DNA of 46,959 nucleotides from positions 1-46,959 of the forward strand of contig CAZRJD010000001.1 in assembly GCA_964600495.1 (NCBI GenBank). Direction: 5' to 3'. The position numbers were made by a program, and so were the translations under genes. The notes under the pieces are model-generated. The model worked only from the letters and a program-made list of their open reading frames with translations. It was not told where the DNA came from and did no database searches. This document shows, piece after piece, positions 25,499 through 34,701 of the stretch (positions within the stretch are counted from its first letter, which is position 1; every line of letters starts with the position of its first letter). The DNA is from an uncultured Candidatus Saccharibacteria bacterium (lineage in GTDB: Bacteria; Patescibacteriota; Minisyncoccia; Phycocordibacterales; SBAW01).

Positions 25499-26248
25499 AT
25501 GGGGGAGGTCACAAGAAAAGGAAAAAATTTAAGCACGCTTGAGCACGTCCAAAGAAGGATTACCGTATTCAAAAACTGGTACAAGCTGGTCTTCCCATTC
25601 AATAGATTTTTTAGAGGAGTACAAAAACTTCGCCTACGCAACGGCATGTCGGCATATGTTCGGGACGTGCGTTCGATAGATACCAATATGCTTATAGATG
25701 TACTCTGGAAAAAAGAGTATGAATTAGAGCGTATATCTCTCCCGGAGAATCCCATTATATTCGATCTTGGAGCAAATATAGGAACGTTCAGTTTAGAAGC
25801 GAAGCGGGTATATCCTACCGCTCATATAACTGCGTATGAGCCCCACCCAGATTCATGCAGAATATTGAAGATGAATGCCCCGTTCGTCACTCTCAAGCAA
25901 AAAGCGGCGGCCGGAAAGACCGGAGTGGTGCAATTTGAGGACGGCAAGAATTTTGTCGGGCTTCATATCGTTAAAGAAGGAGGTATAACCGTCGACGCAG
26001 AGTCGCTTGACGATATTCTTAAAAACACTGACAAGGTTGACCTGCTTAAAATTGATATTGAGGGGGGAGAATACGATCTGCTCATGAGTGCCTCACCACA
26101 CACACTTTTGAAAGTGCAGAGCATAATCATGGAAACGCATGACTCCATCCCCAAAGACTTGGAATGGGGGGAGCAAATACTAAAAAAACATGGCTTCCAT
26201 ACGCGCTGGATAGATCCGCTCGGAATTATTTACGGAGAAAGAAGCTAA
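25499..26248 (+). CDS. FkbM-family SAM-dependent methyltransferase
   Basis: Contains IIFDLGANIGTFSLEA, ITAYEPHPDS, VDLLKIDIEGGEYDLL and IIMETH. Confidence 0.85.
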   Translation: MGEVTRKGKNLSTLEHVQRRITVFKNWYKLVFPFNRFFRGVQKLRLRNGMSAYVRDVRSIDTNMLIDVLWKKEYELERISLPENPIIFDLGANIGTFSLEAKRVYPTAHITAYEPHPDSCRILKMNAPFVTLKQKAAAGKTGVVQFEDGKNFVGLHIVKEGGITVDAESLDDILKNTDKVDLLKIDIEGGEYDLLMSASPHTLLKVQSIIMETHDSIPKDLEWGEQILKKHGFHTRWIDPLGIIYGERS

Positions 26249-26264
26249 TCGAACAGAATTCTCA

Positions 26265-26289
26265 TCCGGGCGCTACGGAAGAGCCCGGA
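26265..26289. terminator. Hairpin at the convergent junction FkbM(+)/GT4(-); possible bidirectional terminator
   Basis: TCCGGGC (26265-26271) pairs with GCCCGGA (26283-26289) around an 11-nt loop that contains the minus-gene stop codon. Flanking T-tracts are weak. Confidence 0.3.
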
Positions 26290-27337
26290 TTATCTCTATT
26301 ATACGGGGGATGGTTGCCTCAAAACAATATTCTTCGCGCACTCGCGCCTGCCCTCCCTTGCCCAATTTCTCCCGCAAGTCCCTTTCAGCAAGAAATTTTT
26401 TCAGCTTATCTACCCACTCTTCTTCGCTTGCGGCAATATAGCCGTTTATCCCGTCTTTAATAATGTAGGGCATCTCGCCAAAGGCGCTGCATATAGTAGC
26501 AACCCCGCACGCCATATATTCTAGTATTTTGAAAGACGACTTGGCTTTATTCCACTCGCCGTCACTCCTGTGTGGGAGCACTCCAATGTCGAATTTTTGA
26601 ATCTCTCTCGGCACGCTTTCAGGATCTTTCCAATTGAGTGCATCGATAAACTGGACGGTAAGGCTGGGAATATTCTGAAACAGATCGTACACCTCTTTAT
26701 TTTTAAGCGCCCCAATAAGAACAAACTTGAAAGAGATATTCGTTTCCACCAGAAGTTTTTTGAAAACAGATGCAAGAATTTTCAAGTTATGAATATGTTC
26801 AGGTGCCGTCCCAACCCACCCGATAATATAAGGAGGGGTACTCGCTCTGTAATCCTTTGTATACTTTTCGTACGCCGAAAACTTTAGAGAGATATGGATG
26901 ATGTGCACGTTGCTGTTGTATTGTTTTGCCCACTGCGCTTGCCCATGCGTGCAGACAACGACCGCATCGGCCATTTGCGTAAAAACTTTTGTCTTGAAAA
27001 AACTATGCACATACACTGGATCGTCAAAATCAAAAATCATTTTCCGTCGGAACAAAAAGAGATACACAACCATAATGACAAAAAAATATTTATTCGAAAT
27101 GGCCCGTTGAAGAAAAACGATGTCGCCTTTCTTTATTAAAAAAAGTGAGCGGATGGTCTGCATAATCAATAGAAACTTCTTCGGCCAGCGAGTTTTCGAA
27201 ATTAAAAGAACGGAGGGCCAATGAATAACTGCTGTAAAGCCAAGTGCACGCAATTCTTCCGCCACCCGAAATGCCCGCTGACGGGAACTTCCGCTTATCT
27301 CATCGCTAAATGTAAAGAAATGAATGGTCATGTGCAC
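26273..27337 (-). CDS. GT-B glycosyltransferase, family 4/1
   Basis: The C-terminal domain reads FKILEYMACGVATICSAFGEMPYIIKDGINGYIA, an E-x7-E-type Glycos_transf_1 pattern. The coding sequence is notably AT-rich. Confidence 0.75.
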   Translation of the reverse strand: MHMTIHFFTFSDEISGSSRQRAFRVAEELRALGFTAVIHWPSVLLISKTRWPKKFLLIMQTIRSLFLIKKGDIVFLQRAISNKYFFVIMVVYLFLFRRKMIFDFDDPVYVHSFFKTKVFTQMADAVVVCTHGQAQWAKQYNSNVHIIHISLKFSAYEKYTKDYRASTPPYIIGWVGTAPEHIHNLKILASVFKKLLVETNISFKFVLIGALKNKEVYDLFQNIPSLTVQFIDALNWKDPESVPREIQKFDIGVLPHRSDGEWNKAKSSFKILEYMACGVATICSAFGEMPYIIKDGINGYIAASEEEWVDKLKKFLAERDLREKLGKGGQARVREEYCFEATIPRIIEIIRALP

Positions 27338-28468
27338 TTAATCAAAAATAAAGAATGTGCGGATACGCTCTGCGCGTTTTGCCCAGGTGTGAGTCTGCGC
27401 TGTACTATGAGCTTTTTGTATCATATGTTCAACTTCCGCGCCTCCCTCGATCGCTTTCCGTGTCTGCTCTACGAGATTCTCAGGATCATCCGGAACATAG
27501 AAGAGCGCTTCCCCTTTTATATTGCTTTTCAAGGCAGGCGTACCACTTGCAACGATAGGACGCTCCATAGCCATATATTCATATATTTTCATGGGAGTTG
27601 TGTAATGCGAGGATTGACGGGTTTTTAATGTGCCGAGTATAAGGAGTGTGTCCGCTGCTCGTAGCCACAGTGGTACGTCTGTAGTCGGGCACTCGCCCGC
27701 AATGTGAAGATTTTCTGGCAAAGAGGATATACCGGTTACTTTTTTAAACTGTACTTGCGAGCCGCCTACAACGTACCACTCAATATCGGGAGACAAGACG
27801 GCAGTTTCGGCGAGAATGCCGAGATTTTTCCACTCATAGAAGCGCCCCATGTAGAGTGCTACGTTACCATCCTGTGCAATACCAACGCGCGTACGTGCTT
27901 CATTCTTCGGGATATTTTTTTGAAACCATGATGCATCAACACCGTTCTGTTCAATACGGAATTTCGATTGTGGAGTCCCGAAGGTTTTTTGAAGCTGCTC
28001 CTTAATATAAGGATTCGTGACAATGACTCCCGCAACACGCGCAAAAAATATCCGACTCGCGATGTTTTTTGGTTTTGCATCGTGCACCTCGATATAGACC
28101 GGCATGCCAGAGATGACAAGGTTAGCGAAGGAAAAGGTCGAGAGATCGACGGTATAGATCATTGCCTTTTTGCCAAAAAGTTTTTGGTACCAAAGATAAA
28201 ACGTGCTCGAGAGCATGAAGGAAAGCGAGCTCAAAAAAAACCATAGTCGCCCTGTGTGATACAGCGGAAGCGCGGGTAACACCCGCACGGATATATCAAT
28301 ACGCAAACCGTAAAACTCTTGTATGTTTTTCCGTGTAGCGTGCGTATACGGGATAACGAGCTCCAGTTCGACCCCTTTTTCAACAAAAGCCTCGCACATC
28401 TTGGCGATGTGGATGCCATAAGCTTTTTTGTTGGGAAATATGCCGTTGACTACAAAATAGAGCTTCAT
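27338..28468 (-). CDS. GT-B glycosyltransferase, family 4
   Basis: Contains GRFYEWKNLGIL, PMKIYEYMAMERPIVASGTPAL and an N-terminal Glyco_trans_4-like domain. Confidence 0.8.
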   Translation of the reverse strand: MKLYFVVNGIFPNKKAYGIHIAKMCEAFVEKGVELELVIPYTHATRKNIQEFYGLRIDISVRVLPALPLYHTGRLWFFLSSLSFMLSSTFYLWYQKLFGKKAMIYTVDLSTFSFANLVISGMPVYIEVHDAKPKNIASRIFFARVAGVIVTNPYIKEQLQKTFGTPQSKFRIEQNGVDASWFQKNIPKNEARTRVGIAQDGNVALYMGRFYEWKNLGILAETAVLSPDIEWYVVGGSQVQFKKVTGISSLPENLHIAGECPTTDVPLWLRAADTLLILGTLKTRQSSHYTTPMKIYEYMAMERPIVASGTPALKSNIKGEALFYVPDDPENLVEQTRKAIEGGAEVEHMIQKAHSTAQTHTWAKRAERIRTFFIFD

Positions 28469-30285
28469 GATAGTTGAACGTTATACGCTTTCGCCCATGC
28501 CTGAAACGTCAAGATCGCCCAGAGCATTACCATGTGATACTCGCGGCCGTCTCTATGGGTTTCAAGCATTTCTCTCACTTCTTTCCAGTTGAACAGCGCG
28601 GCAGTTCCGGCATAGTAGGAGGGGGACAATACTTCATCAACAAGAGTTGCGAACGGAGGGAGCTTAATCCACTCCCCGCCCGGCGAAAACCAGCCGCGCT
28701 TCGGCTGCCCATATAGATATGAGGGGAGGCGGCCCTTAAACGCCCTTTTCAGCATCCGCTTGGTTTCAAAAAGCGTTACCTTTTGACTGCGAGGTATTTG
28801 CCTCGCAAATTCAACCACCTTGTTATCAAGAAAGGGTACGCGCACCTCAACTGCACTCGCCATGCTCATTTTGTCCGTGCGCATAAGGCTCTCGTCGACA
28901 AGCCACGAGCGGCGGTCGGTATCCATGAATTGGCTCTCGAAGTCTGACCAAATATTGGGGAAGAATTTTTCTTCAAAAAATCGCTTTGTTATTTCGAGAT
29001 CCTCGGGCTCGGCGAGAGCGCGCTTGAGCTCATTATCTTTTTGGAACAGGAACTGCGCGAAGCGGGGAGCACCCGGAGCTGTATCAAGCTTGCGCAAACG
29101 CGGATAGAGAGTACCTCCCAGTGCTCGGAGCGACTGCGGAAATTTTCTATAATAGGAAGAAAGGAGGCTCAAGCGATAGCGCTCATAGCCCCCGAAGAGT
29201 TCATCGCCTCCGTCTCCCCCTAAGACCACGGTTGCAAGCGGCTTCGTAAACTGCGCCAAGTGGAGCATCGGGAGTGCGGTTGCATTTGCAATCGGCTCGT
29301 CGAGATGGAGTATCATTTTTTCAAAAAGATCTCTGGCATCTTCTGTGGAAAGAAGTACTTCGTGATGTGTGGCTCCGTAGAATGTAGCGGTTTTACGTGC
29401 GAGCGCTGCATCTGCATTGAACGTCTCCTGACGGGGATGGTCCTTCCCCAGATCAAAACCCACACTGAAGGTGTTGATGGAGCCGCGCACGCGCGATGCA
29501 CAGTCAAGAACTATAGAGGAGTCGAACCCTCCCGAAAGATAGACACCGATAGGCCGGTCAGAGACAAGCTGGCGCTTCACCGCCTTCTCAATGGTTGTTC
29601 GCAACTCTTCATCGGAAACTTCGAGCGTACTTTTTTCATTCTGGGCGACAAACGGCTCGCTATGTATGCCACCTTCCTTATAGGTAAGCACATGCCCGGG
29701 CTCAAGCTTCTTGATCTCTTTAAACATGGTGTTAGGCGCAGGAACATAGAGCACCCGCATATAGTGCATAAAGGCTTTGTGGTCGAGCGTACGCGGAATG
29801 TCGTGCGTAAGGAGTGCCTTTATTTCGGAAGAGAAAATAAGTTTCGATCCGTCAAAGTAGTAGTAAAGCGGTTTGATGCCAGCGCGGTCGCGGACAAGCA
29901 TAAGTTCGTGGGAGCGTCTGTCGAAGAGTGCAAATGCAAAAATTCCGTTGAAGCGCGAAAATGCTTTCTTCCCCCACTTGCTGTAGGCCGAAAGCATGAC
30001 TTCCGTATCGCTATACCCTTTGTATGGATAGTCTCCCAGCTCTTTACGCAGCTCTTCAAAATTATATATCTCTCCGTTATAAATGATAACGGCGGAATGG
30101 TCGGCGCTTTCCATCGGCTGCGCGCCGGCAGAGGAGAGATCGATTATTGCAAGACGATTATGTCCGAGAGAAATACCCTCGCCCACATATATCCCCGTGC
30201 CGTCAGGACCCCGGTGGTGGGTCGAGCGATCCATCGCCTCTATAAGGTTCCTGTCTTCAAATGTAAACCCGTTTATTCCGCACAT
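28465..30285 (-). CDS. asnB: Asparagine synthase (glutamine-hydrolysing) family amidotransferase
   Basis: MCGINGF supplies the N-terminal Cys nucleophile, RGPDG follows, and GVYLSGGFDSSIV is the PP-loop. The protein is 606 aa. Confidence 0.9.
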   Translation of the reverse strand: MCGINGFTFEDRNLIEAMDRSTHHRGPDGTGIYVGEGISLGHNRLAIIDLSSAGAQPMESADHSAVIIYNGEIYNFEELRKELGDYPYKGYSDTEVMLSAYSKWGKKAFSRFNGIFAFALFDRRSHELMLVRDRAGIKPLYYYFDGSKLIFSSEIKALLTHDIPRTLDHKAFMHYMRVLYVPAPNTMFKEIKKLEPGHVLTYKEGGIHSEPFVAQNEKSTLEVSDEELRTTIEKAVKRQLVSDRPIGVYLSGGFDSSIVLDCASRVRGSINTFSVGFDLGKDHPRQETFNADAALARKTATFYGATHHEVLLSTEDARDLFEKMILHLDEPIANATALPMLHLAQFTKPLATVVLGGDGGDELFGGYERYRLSLLSSYYRKFPQSLRALGGTLYPRLRKLDTAPGAPRFAQFLFQKDNELKRALAEPEDLEITKRFFEEKFFPNIWSDFESQFMDTDRRSWLVDESLMRTDKMSMASAVEVRVPFLDNKVVEFARQIPRSQKVTLFETKRMLKRAFKGRLPSYLYGQPKRGWFSPGGEWIKLPPFATLVDEVLSPSYYAGTAALFNWKEVREMLETHRDGREYHMVMLWAILTFQAWAKAYNVQLS

Positions 30286-31313
30286 ATAATTTCATACAAA
30301 CGCTTACCGAGCGTTTCAATGCTTTGATCCTTCGCGACATTGCGCAGTGCGCTTGCCATGCCCTGCCGCTCAAGAAGTGGGAGTTTGAGAAGTTGTGAGA
30401 GCTTATCTGCCAGATCTTCCGCGTTGTCTTCTTTAAAAATGAACTGTGGGTCGACGATTTCCGCAAAATCTTTACTTGAAGCCATGACCAGGCATTCGCA
30501 TGCAGCCGCTTCAAAAATGGTCTTGTCGTACATGCCGGAAGGGGAGCAATTTACAAAAATACCGTGCCGGTTGAATACTGCTGGTGTTTCATGGTTCGGT
30601 ATGCCGGGATAAAAACGTACTCTCTCTTCAAGACCCCACTCACTGCTCATATGTTGGAGCTCTCTTCGATACGCTTCATCGGACGGAAGCGCTGAGCCGT
30701 ATATTGATGCACTAAACTGAACATCCCGACGAGCAAGAATGGCAAGTGCCTGCAGAAACAGATGCGGCTTTTTGGAGGGAGCGATGCGCGCGAGAAAAAG
30801 AATGGCCTGCGGATCGCGGGGAATATCTGGCATACGGTCGAACTTTTCAGTATCTATACCGACCGGCATACGCACCGCATGGGGAAATCGGGCAGTATAG
30901 GAGAACTGCGAAGTAAAGAAGACCTTTTTGCATTGCCGTACCGCACGAGCAGTAAGAAAATTCCCCGAATAGTGATTGCGCCACATGAATACTTTCTTCC
31001 CCAACAACCTCCACAACCATCCTGCAAGTAAAATGTATTCCTGATTCATATGAACGAGTATGACATCGTACTGCCGACGCAAACGCCATACATGTCGCAA
31101 GAAACGCAGCGCGTAGAGCACCTTGCCTGCTTTTTTGTGCTCTTTACCAAGAGAAAATACCCGCACGTTGTGGGGGAGACTGTGCTCGCCTTCCCACAAG
31201 CAAATAACAACGACACTTTCAAAATATTTGGAAAACTCTTCTATCCAGCGATGGAAAAACCCGAGTATTGGGTCACTGCGGTCGACTGCCTGGGTACAAA
31301 TAAGGAGCTTCAT
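30273..31313 (-). CDS. GT-B glycosyltransferase, family 4
   Basis: Contains MKLLICTQAVDRSDPILGFFHRW, LFLARIAPSKK and GMYDKTIFEAAACECLVMAS. Start at 31313 is 1 nt after the upstream stop. Confidence 0.8.
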   Translation of the reverse strand: MKLLICTQAVDRSDPILGFFHRWIEEFSKYFESVVVICLWEGEHSLPHNVRVFSLGKEHKKAGKVLYALRFLRHVWRLRRQYDVILVHMNQEYILLAGWLWRLLGKKVFMWRNHYSGNFLTARAVRQCKKVFFTSQFSYTARFPHAVRMPVGIDTEKFDRMPDIPRDPQAILFLARIAPSKKPHLFLQALAILARRDVQFSASIYGSALPSDEAYRRELQHMSSEWGLEERVRFYPGIPNHETPAVFNRHGIFVNCSPSGMYDKTIFEAAACECLVMASSKDFAEIVDPQFIFKEDNAEDLADKLSQLLKLPLLERQGMASALRNVAKDQSIETLGKRLYEIICAE

Positions 31314-31314
31314 G

Positions 31315-32181
31315 CTAAATTTCTGCTTTTTTGCCGTACACTTCTTCAAGCAAATCGAGATCCTTGCCGCTGTTCTTGAGCAGTGCTGCATTTTTTACTT
31401 CAAACGCACGAAGAAGGTCGAGCCCTTCTCTGTCTTCAGAATACAAACTCTCATACATTTCCCGCAATGCGGCAAAATCCTTGATAAGACAGTGGCCACC
31501 GGCACCCCGCCCCGCTTTTGCACCTGCGTGACCGCTGTCATCTATGACCTTGAGGTGCGAAGGGCCGATGCGGGGGTCCGCCGCAATAGCTTCTCTCACT
31601 TGTTCATAATCAACACCAAGCTTTTGCGAGAGGTCATAGAAAAAGTTTGCATACAAGACTCTCCAGAAAAGAAATGTGTTCCCCGCATATTTGATAAGTT
31701 CGCTGGCATTAGAATCAACAATTGCTGCATACGGAGCATGGGGGAGTATGGAGAGAATTTTTTTTGCATGTTCTTTATATAAATCCGAGTTTTCTGGAAT
31801 GCCTATAATATTGCGTTTAGGGTTAGATGCATCAAAGCGGGCAGTTTTCTCTTGGAGAAATTCTGGCGACTGGAGAATAAAGCGGTCGGGAAATTCTTTC
31901 TGAAATCGTTTCGTGGTACCCGGCAAAATTGTAGATTTTATAACCGCCACCTTCCCCGCTCCGACAAGCGGGAGCACGCTGCGCAGGATTGAGTCGTCAT
32001 GACCCTCCGGCGTGGTCGGGGTCGGTACCGCAATAAATACCACATCGCAGGAAGCGATCTTTTTTTTATTCTCTCGATACTCTACTTCAAGAGAATACCG
32101 GACAATAGAAAATCCCCGCCGCTCAAAATCGTCGGCATAATTCTTCCCTATGAATCCTTGTCCGACAAAACCAATCAGCAT
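31315..32181 (-). CDS. UDP-glucose/GDP-mannose dehydrogenase family protein, short form (NAD-binding and central domains only)
   Basis: Contains LIGFVGQGFIGKNYA, VFIAVPTPT, AVIKSTILPGTT, SPEFLQEKTA and the catalytic-Cys context GRGAGGHCLIKD. At 288 aa there is no room for the usual C-terminal UDP-sugar-binding domain. Confidence 0.7.
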   Translation of the reverse strand: MLIGFVGQGFIGKNYADDFERRGFSIVRYSLEVEYRENKKKIASCDVVFIAVPTPTTPEGHDDSILRSVLPLVGAGKVAVIKSTILPGTTKRFQKEFPDRFILQSPEFLQEKTARFDASNPKRNIIGIPENSDLYKEHAKKILSILPHAPYAAIVDSNASELIKYAGNTFLFWRVLYANFFYDLSQKLGVDYEQVREAIAADPRIGPSHLKVIDDSGHAGAKAGRGAGGHCLIKDFAALREMYESLYSEDREGLDLLRAFEVKNAALLKNSGKDLDLLEEVYGKKAEI

Positions 32182-32197
32182 GAAATAGTATGATATA

Positions 32198-33100
32198 TCA
32201 TAATGTTTCTTTCCAGCGTTTTGCCCATTCGTCCTTGGAAAGTAAGGGGATTTTGAGCTCTCCGCGAGAGCCCGATTGTAGCACCTTCAAAACCCCCTCC
32301 GCGAGCTTTTCACGCGGCACGACTGTAGCCCCCGCCTCGCGCGCAATCCCCACGTCGGGGGCAACAACAGGGACTCCTGCGGCCAGTGCTTCGATGATGC
32401 TCGCTCCGTAGCTTTCATGTTTTGAAGTGCTCAAAACTACATCAGCAATAGCGTAGTAGGGAGCGGGCTCCTGCCAGCCGGGGAACTCGACCGGCAATTC
32501 TTTGGCCTCTGTTCGCAGTGACCGCTCAAGACTTCCTCTCCCCAGCATCACAAGCCGAGCGTCCACACTGTCGCGGACCTTTTTAAATACCGAGAGCGCG
32601 AGCATCGGGCCCTTCTCCGCCTCAAAGCGACCTACCCAGAGGACAATCTTACCCTCGTGCGGTTTTCGTTCCATATTGCGAAAGCGGTCTGTCTCTATAT
32701 ATATCGGCAGGACATAGATTGATGCATGAACGCCGATAGTCTCGACTTGTTTTTTTAAATTCTCTGATACGACACGCACCGAGTCCGCATGACGCAGAAC
32801 AATTTGCGCAAGCACATGGCGGAGCAAACTTTGTGCAGAGAGGTCGGTATGCACCTGTACGTTCAACTTCGCACCAATGCGACGCGCAACTATAAAGCCC
32901 ACCAACCCCCGCCAAAACGGGTCCTGCACTGTCACGACATCAAATTGTCCGCGAACACAAAAAGGCGCAAAAATCGAGCCACGACCCCAAAAAACAACCT
33001 CAAGCTTCTCGACCTGACTTCTCTGGAGCCCTATACGCTTATATACCGCCGTCCCTGACACAAGAGCATTCCTGTCTCCGCTTATCATTAAAATCTTCAT
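32198..33100 (-). CDS. GT-B glycosyltransferase, family 4
   Basis: Contains VGRFEAEKGP and HESYGASIIEALAAGVPVVAPDVG. Confidence 0.8.
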   Translation of the reverse strand: MKILMISGDRNALVSGTAVYKRIGLQRSQVEKLEVVFWGRGSIFAPFCVRGQFDVVTVQDPFWRGLVGFIVARRIGAKLNVQVHTDLSAQSLLRHVLAQIVLRHADSVRVVSENLKKQVETIGVHASIYVLPIYIETDRFRNMERKPHEGKIVLWVGRFEAEKGPMLALSVFKKVRDSVDARLVMLGRGSLERSLRTEAKELPVEFPGWQEPAPYYAIADVVLSTSKHESYGASIIEALAAGVPVVAPDVGIAREAGATVVPREKLAEGVLKVLQSGSRGELKIPLLSKDEWAKRWKETL

Positions 33101-34098
33101 AGTGTTGCGGCATTAATTATCTCGTCGGTGATTTCTTTCCATGAGTGCGTGTAGGAAAAAGCGCGTATCCTGTCTATATACGCTTGATACTTTTTGTCAT
33201 CGAGCAGCTCTTCTATAGCCTGTTCCATTGCCTTTTGATCGAGCGTATCAACAAATACGCCCAGTCCTTCAAGCTTTTCGTGCATACCGGTGTCAAGGGC
33301 GGTGATAAACGGTTTGTCGTACGAGAGTGCTTCAATAATAAAATTTGAGTTAACTTCGCTTACCGAGGGCACCGCAACCGCGTACGCAGACGCAATTCGG
33401 AGGGCATTCGCCTCGGGCACAAGTGCCTTTGTGTCGAGCTCGATATCAGGATGTCGTTTCAAGGCGGCCTCAAATGCACGTGTAAACGCCGGTATATTTT
33501 TGTATCGGATACCGCGCCCCCCCGCTACGAATATTTTTTTGTCCGGCGCCGTGGCGGGATGTTTTTCAGGATATTCATTTTCAAGTACCCGCGCTTTTGA
33601 ATGCGTAAACCCGTAGGCTTTTTGCCAGATCTCAAGCTGCCAGCGTGTATTGAACAACAGCGCGTTTGCATGACGCACAAGAAATTTCGTTGCTCCCAAT
33701 ATCACTTTTTCCTTAAGCGAAAGTTTCCGCGGCTTCGTATAAAATTCTGAGAGCTTTACCATTTCGGCGGTTCGCTCCACATACCCTTCCCACAAAAAAT
33801 CCCCTCCCACGCGTACCAGAAACTTTTTGCGGAAAAGTTTTGCCGCACAAAGCGCAGGAAAACCGACGCTCCATGTATCGAGCGCCAAAACACTGTCAGC
33901 CCTTAATACACGCGGCAATAACCGTAAAAAATAAACCTTATGGCGTATTCCCCATGGCAAAGCAAGCTCGAGTCTGCTCCATGCAACTACAGAGACCGGT
34001 ATGCCGCGCCGGCGCAGTTCAGCTTCAATTTCTTTGGCATATTTGGAGGGCCCGCCTATATCAGGCGGATACAGGGGTGTCGCTATGAGCATCCGCAT
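33097..34098 (-). CDS. GT-B glycosyltransferase, family 4 (full-length paralog of 34144-34701)
   Basis: Contains MRMLIATPLYPPDIGGPSKYAKE. The C-domain reads FIIEALSYDKPFITALDTG. TACAAT lies 6 nt upstream of the ATG. Confidence 0.8.
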   Translation of the reverse strand: MRMLIATPLYPPDIGGPSKYAKEIEAELRRRGIPVSVVAWSRLELALPWGIRHKVYFLRLLPRVLRADSVLALDTWSVGFPALCAAKLFRKKFLVRVGGDFLWEGYVERTAEMVKLSEFYTKPRKLSLKEKVILGATKFLVRHANALLFNTRWQLEIWQKAYGFTHSKARVLENEYPEKHPATAPDKKIFVAGGRGIRYKNIPAFTRAFEAALKRHPDIELDTKALVPEANALRIASAYAVAVPSVSEVNSNFIIEALSYDKPFITALDTGMHEKLEGLGVFVDTLDQKAMEQAIEELLDDKKYQAYIDRIRAFSYTHSWKEITDEIINAATL

Positions 34099-34143
34099 GA
34101 GGGTATTGTAGCTTAGAACCTTTTTACACTCTAAAGGGTTACA

Positions 34144-34701
34144 ATGGGACCGTATATGCGCATACTACTCGCCACCCCTCTCTATCCTCCGGATATTGCA
34201 GAGCCCGCCCCCTACGTCAAAGAGCTCGCAAAAAGACTTTCCAAAGAGCACATTGTGACCATTGTCGCCTACGGGACACTCCCGGAGAAAATTCAGGGAG
34301 TCCGCATCATTGCGGTTAATAAACGCCGGCCGCTCCTGCTCCGGCTCCTCGCATATACCACCGCTCTTGTTCGCGCCTCGAGAGACGCCGACCTGATATA
34401 CGCAGAAAATGGCGCATCGGTAGAACTGCCGGCAGGATTGGTAGCGCTAATTACGGGGCGCCCGCTTGTCATCCATATCGGAGACAAAGATGCGCATGAG
34501 CGTGCCGCCAGGAACAAACTGTACTTTTTTATTGAAAAATTTGCGATCTTGCGCGCACAAAGAACGATCATTGAGACGCCAATGAAAAGGCCCGAGATAC
34601 TGCCTCTTGAACCGCGACCCGATGCAGCACTTGCCGCATATGAGGCGTCGTGGAGTATGCACTTCAACTCTCTCAACACTATATTTGCTCATGAACGATA
34701 A
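34144..34701 (+). CDS. Truncated GT4-like protein: N-terminal (acceptor-side) Rossmann domain plus terminal helix, no nucleotide-sugar-binding domain
   Basis: MRILLATPLYPPDIAEPAPYVKELAKRL and LIYAENGASVELPAGLVALITGRPLVIHIGD are collinear with the N-domain of 33097-34098. The protein ends at 185 aa. An alternative start lies at 34156. Confidence 0.55.
   Translation: MGPYMRILLATPLYPPDIAEPAPYVKELAKRLSKEHIVTIVAYGTLPEKIQGVRIIAVNKRRPLLLRLLAYTTALVRASRDADLIYAENGASVELPAGLVALITGRPLVIHIGDKDAHERAARNKLYFFIEKFAILRAQRTIIETPMKRPEILPLEPRPDAALAAYEASWSMHFNSLNTIFAHER

Noticed and set aside
29260-30327. 355-aa ORF on the + strand
   Set aside because: It is antisense to asnB, whose N-terminal Cys nucleophile and PP-loop are unambiguous. 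The + frame has no motifs and an odd composition. I treat it as a shadow ORF in a GC-rich gene.
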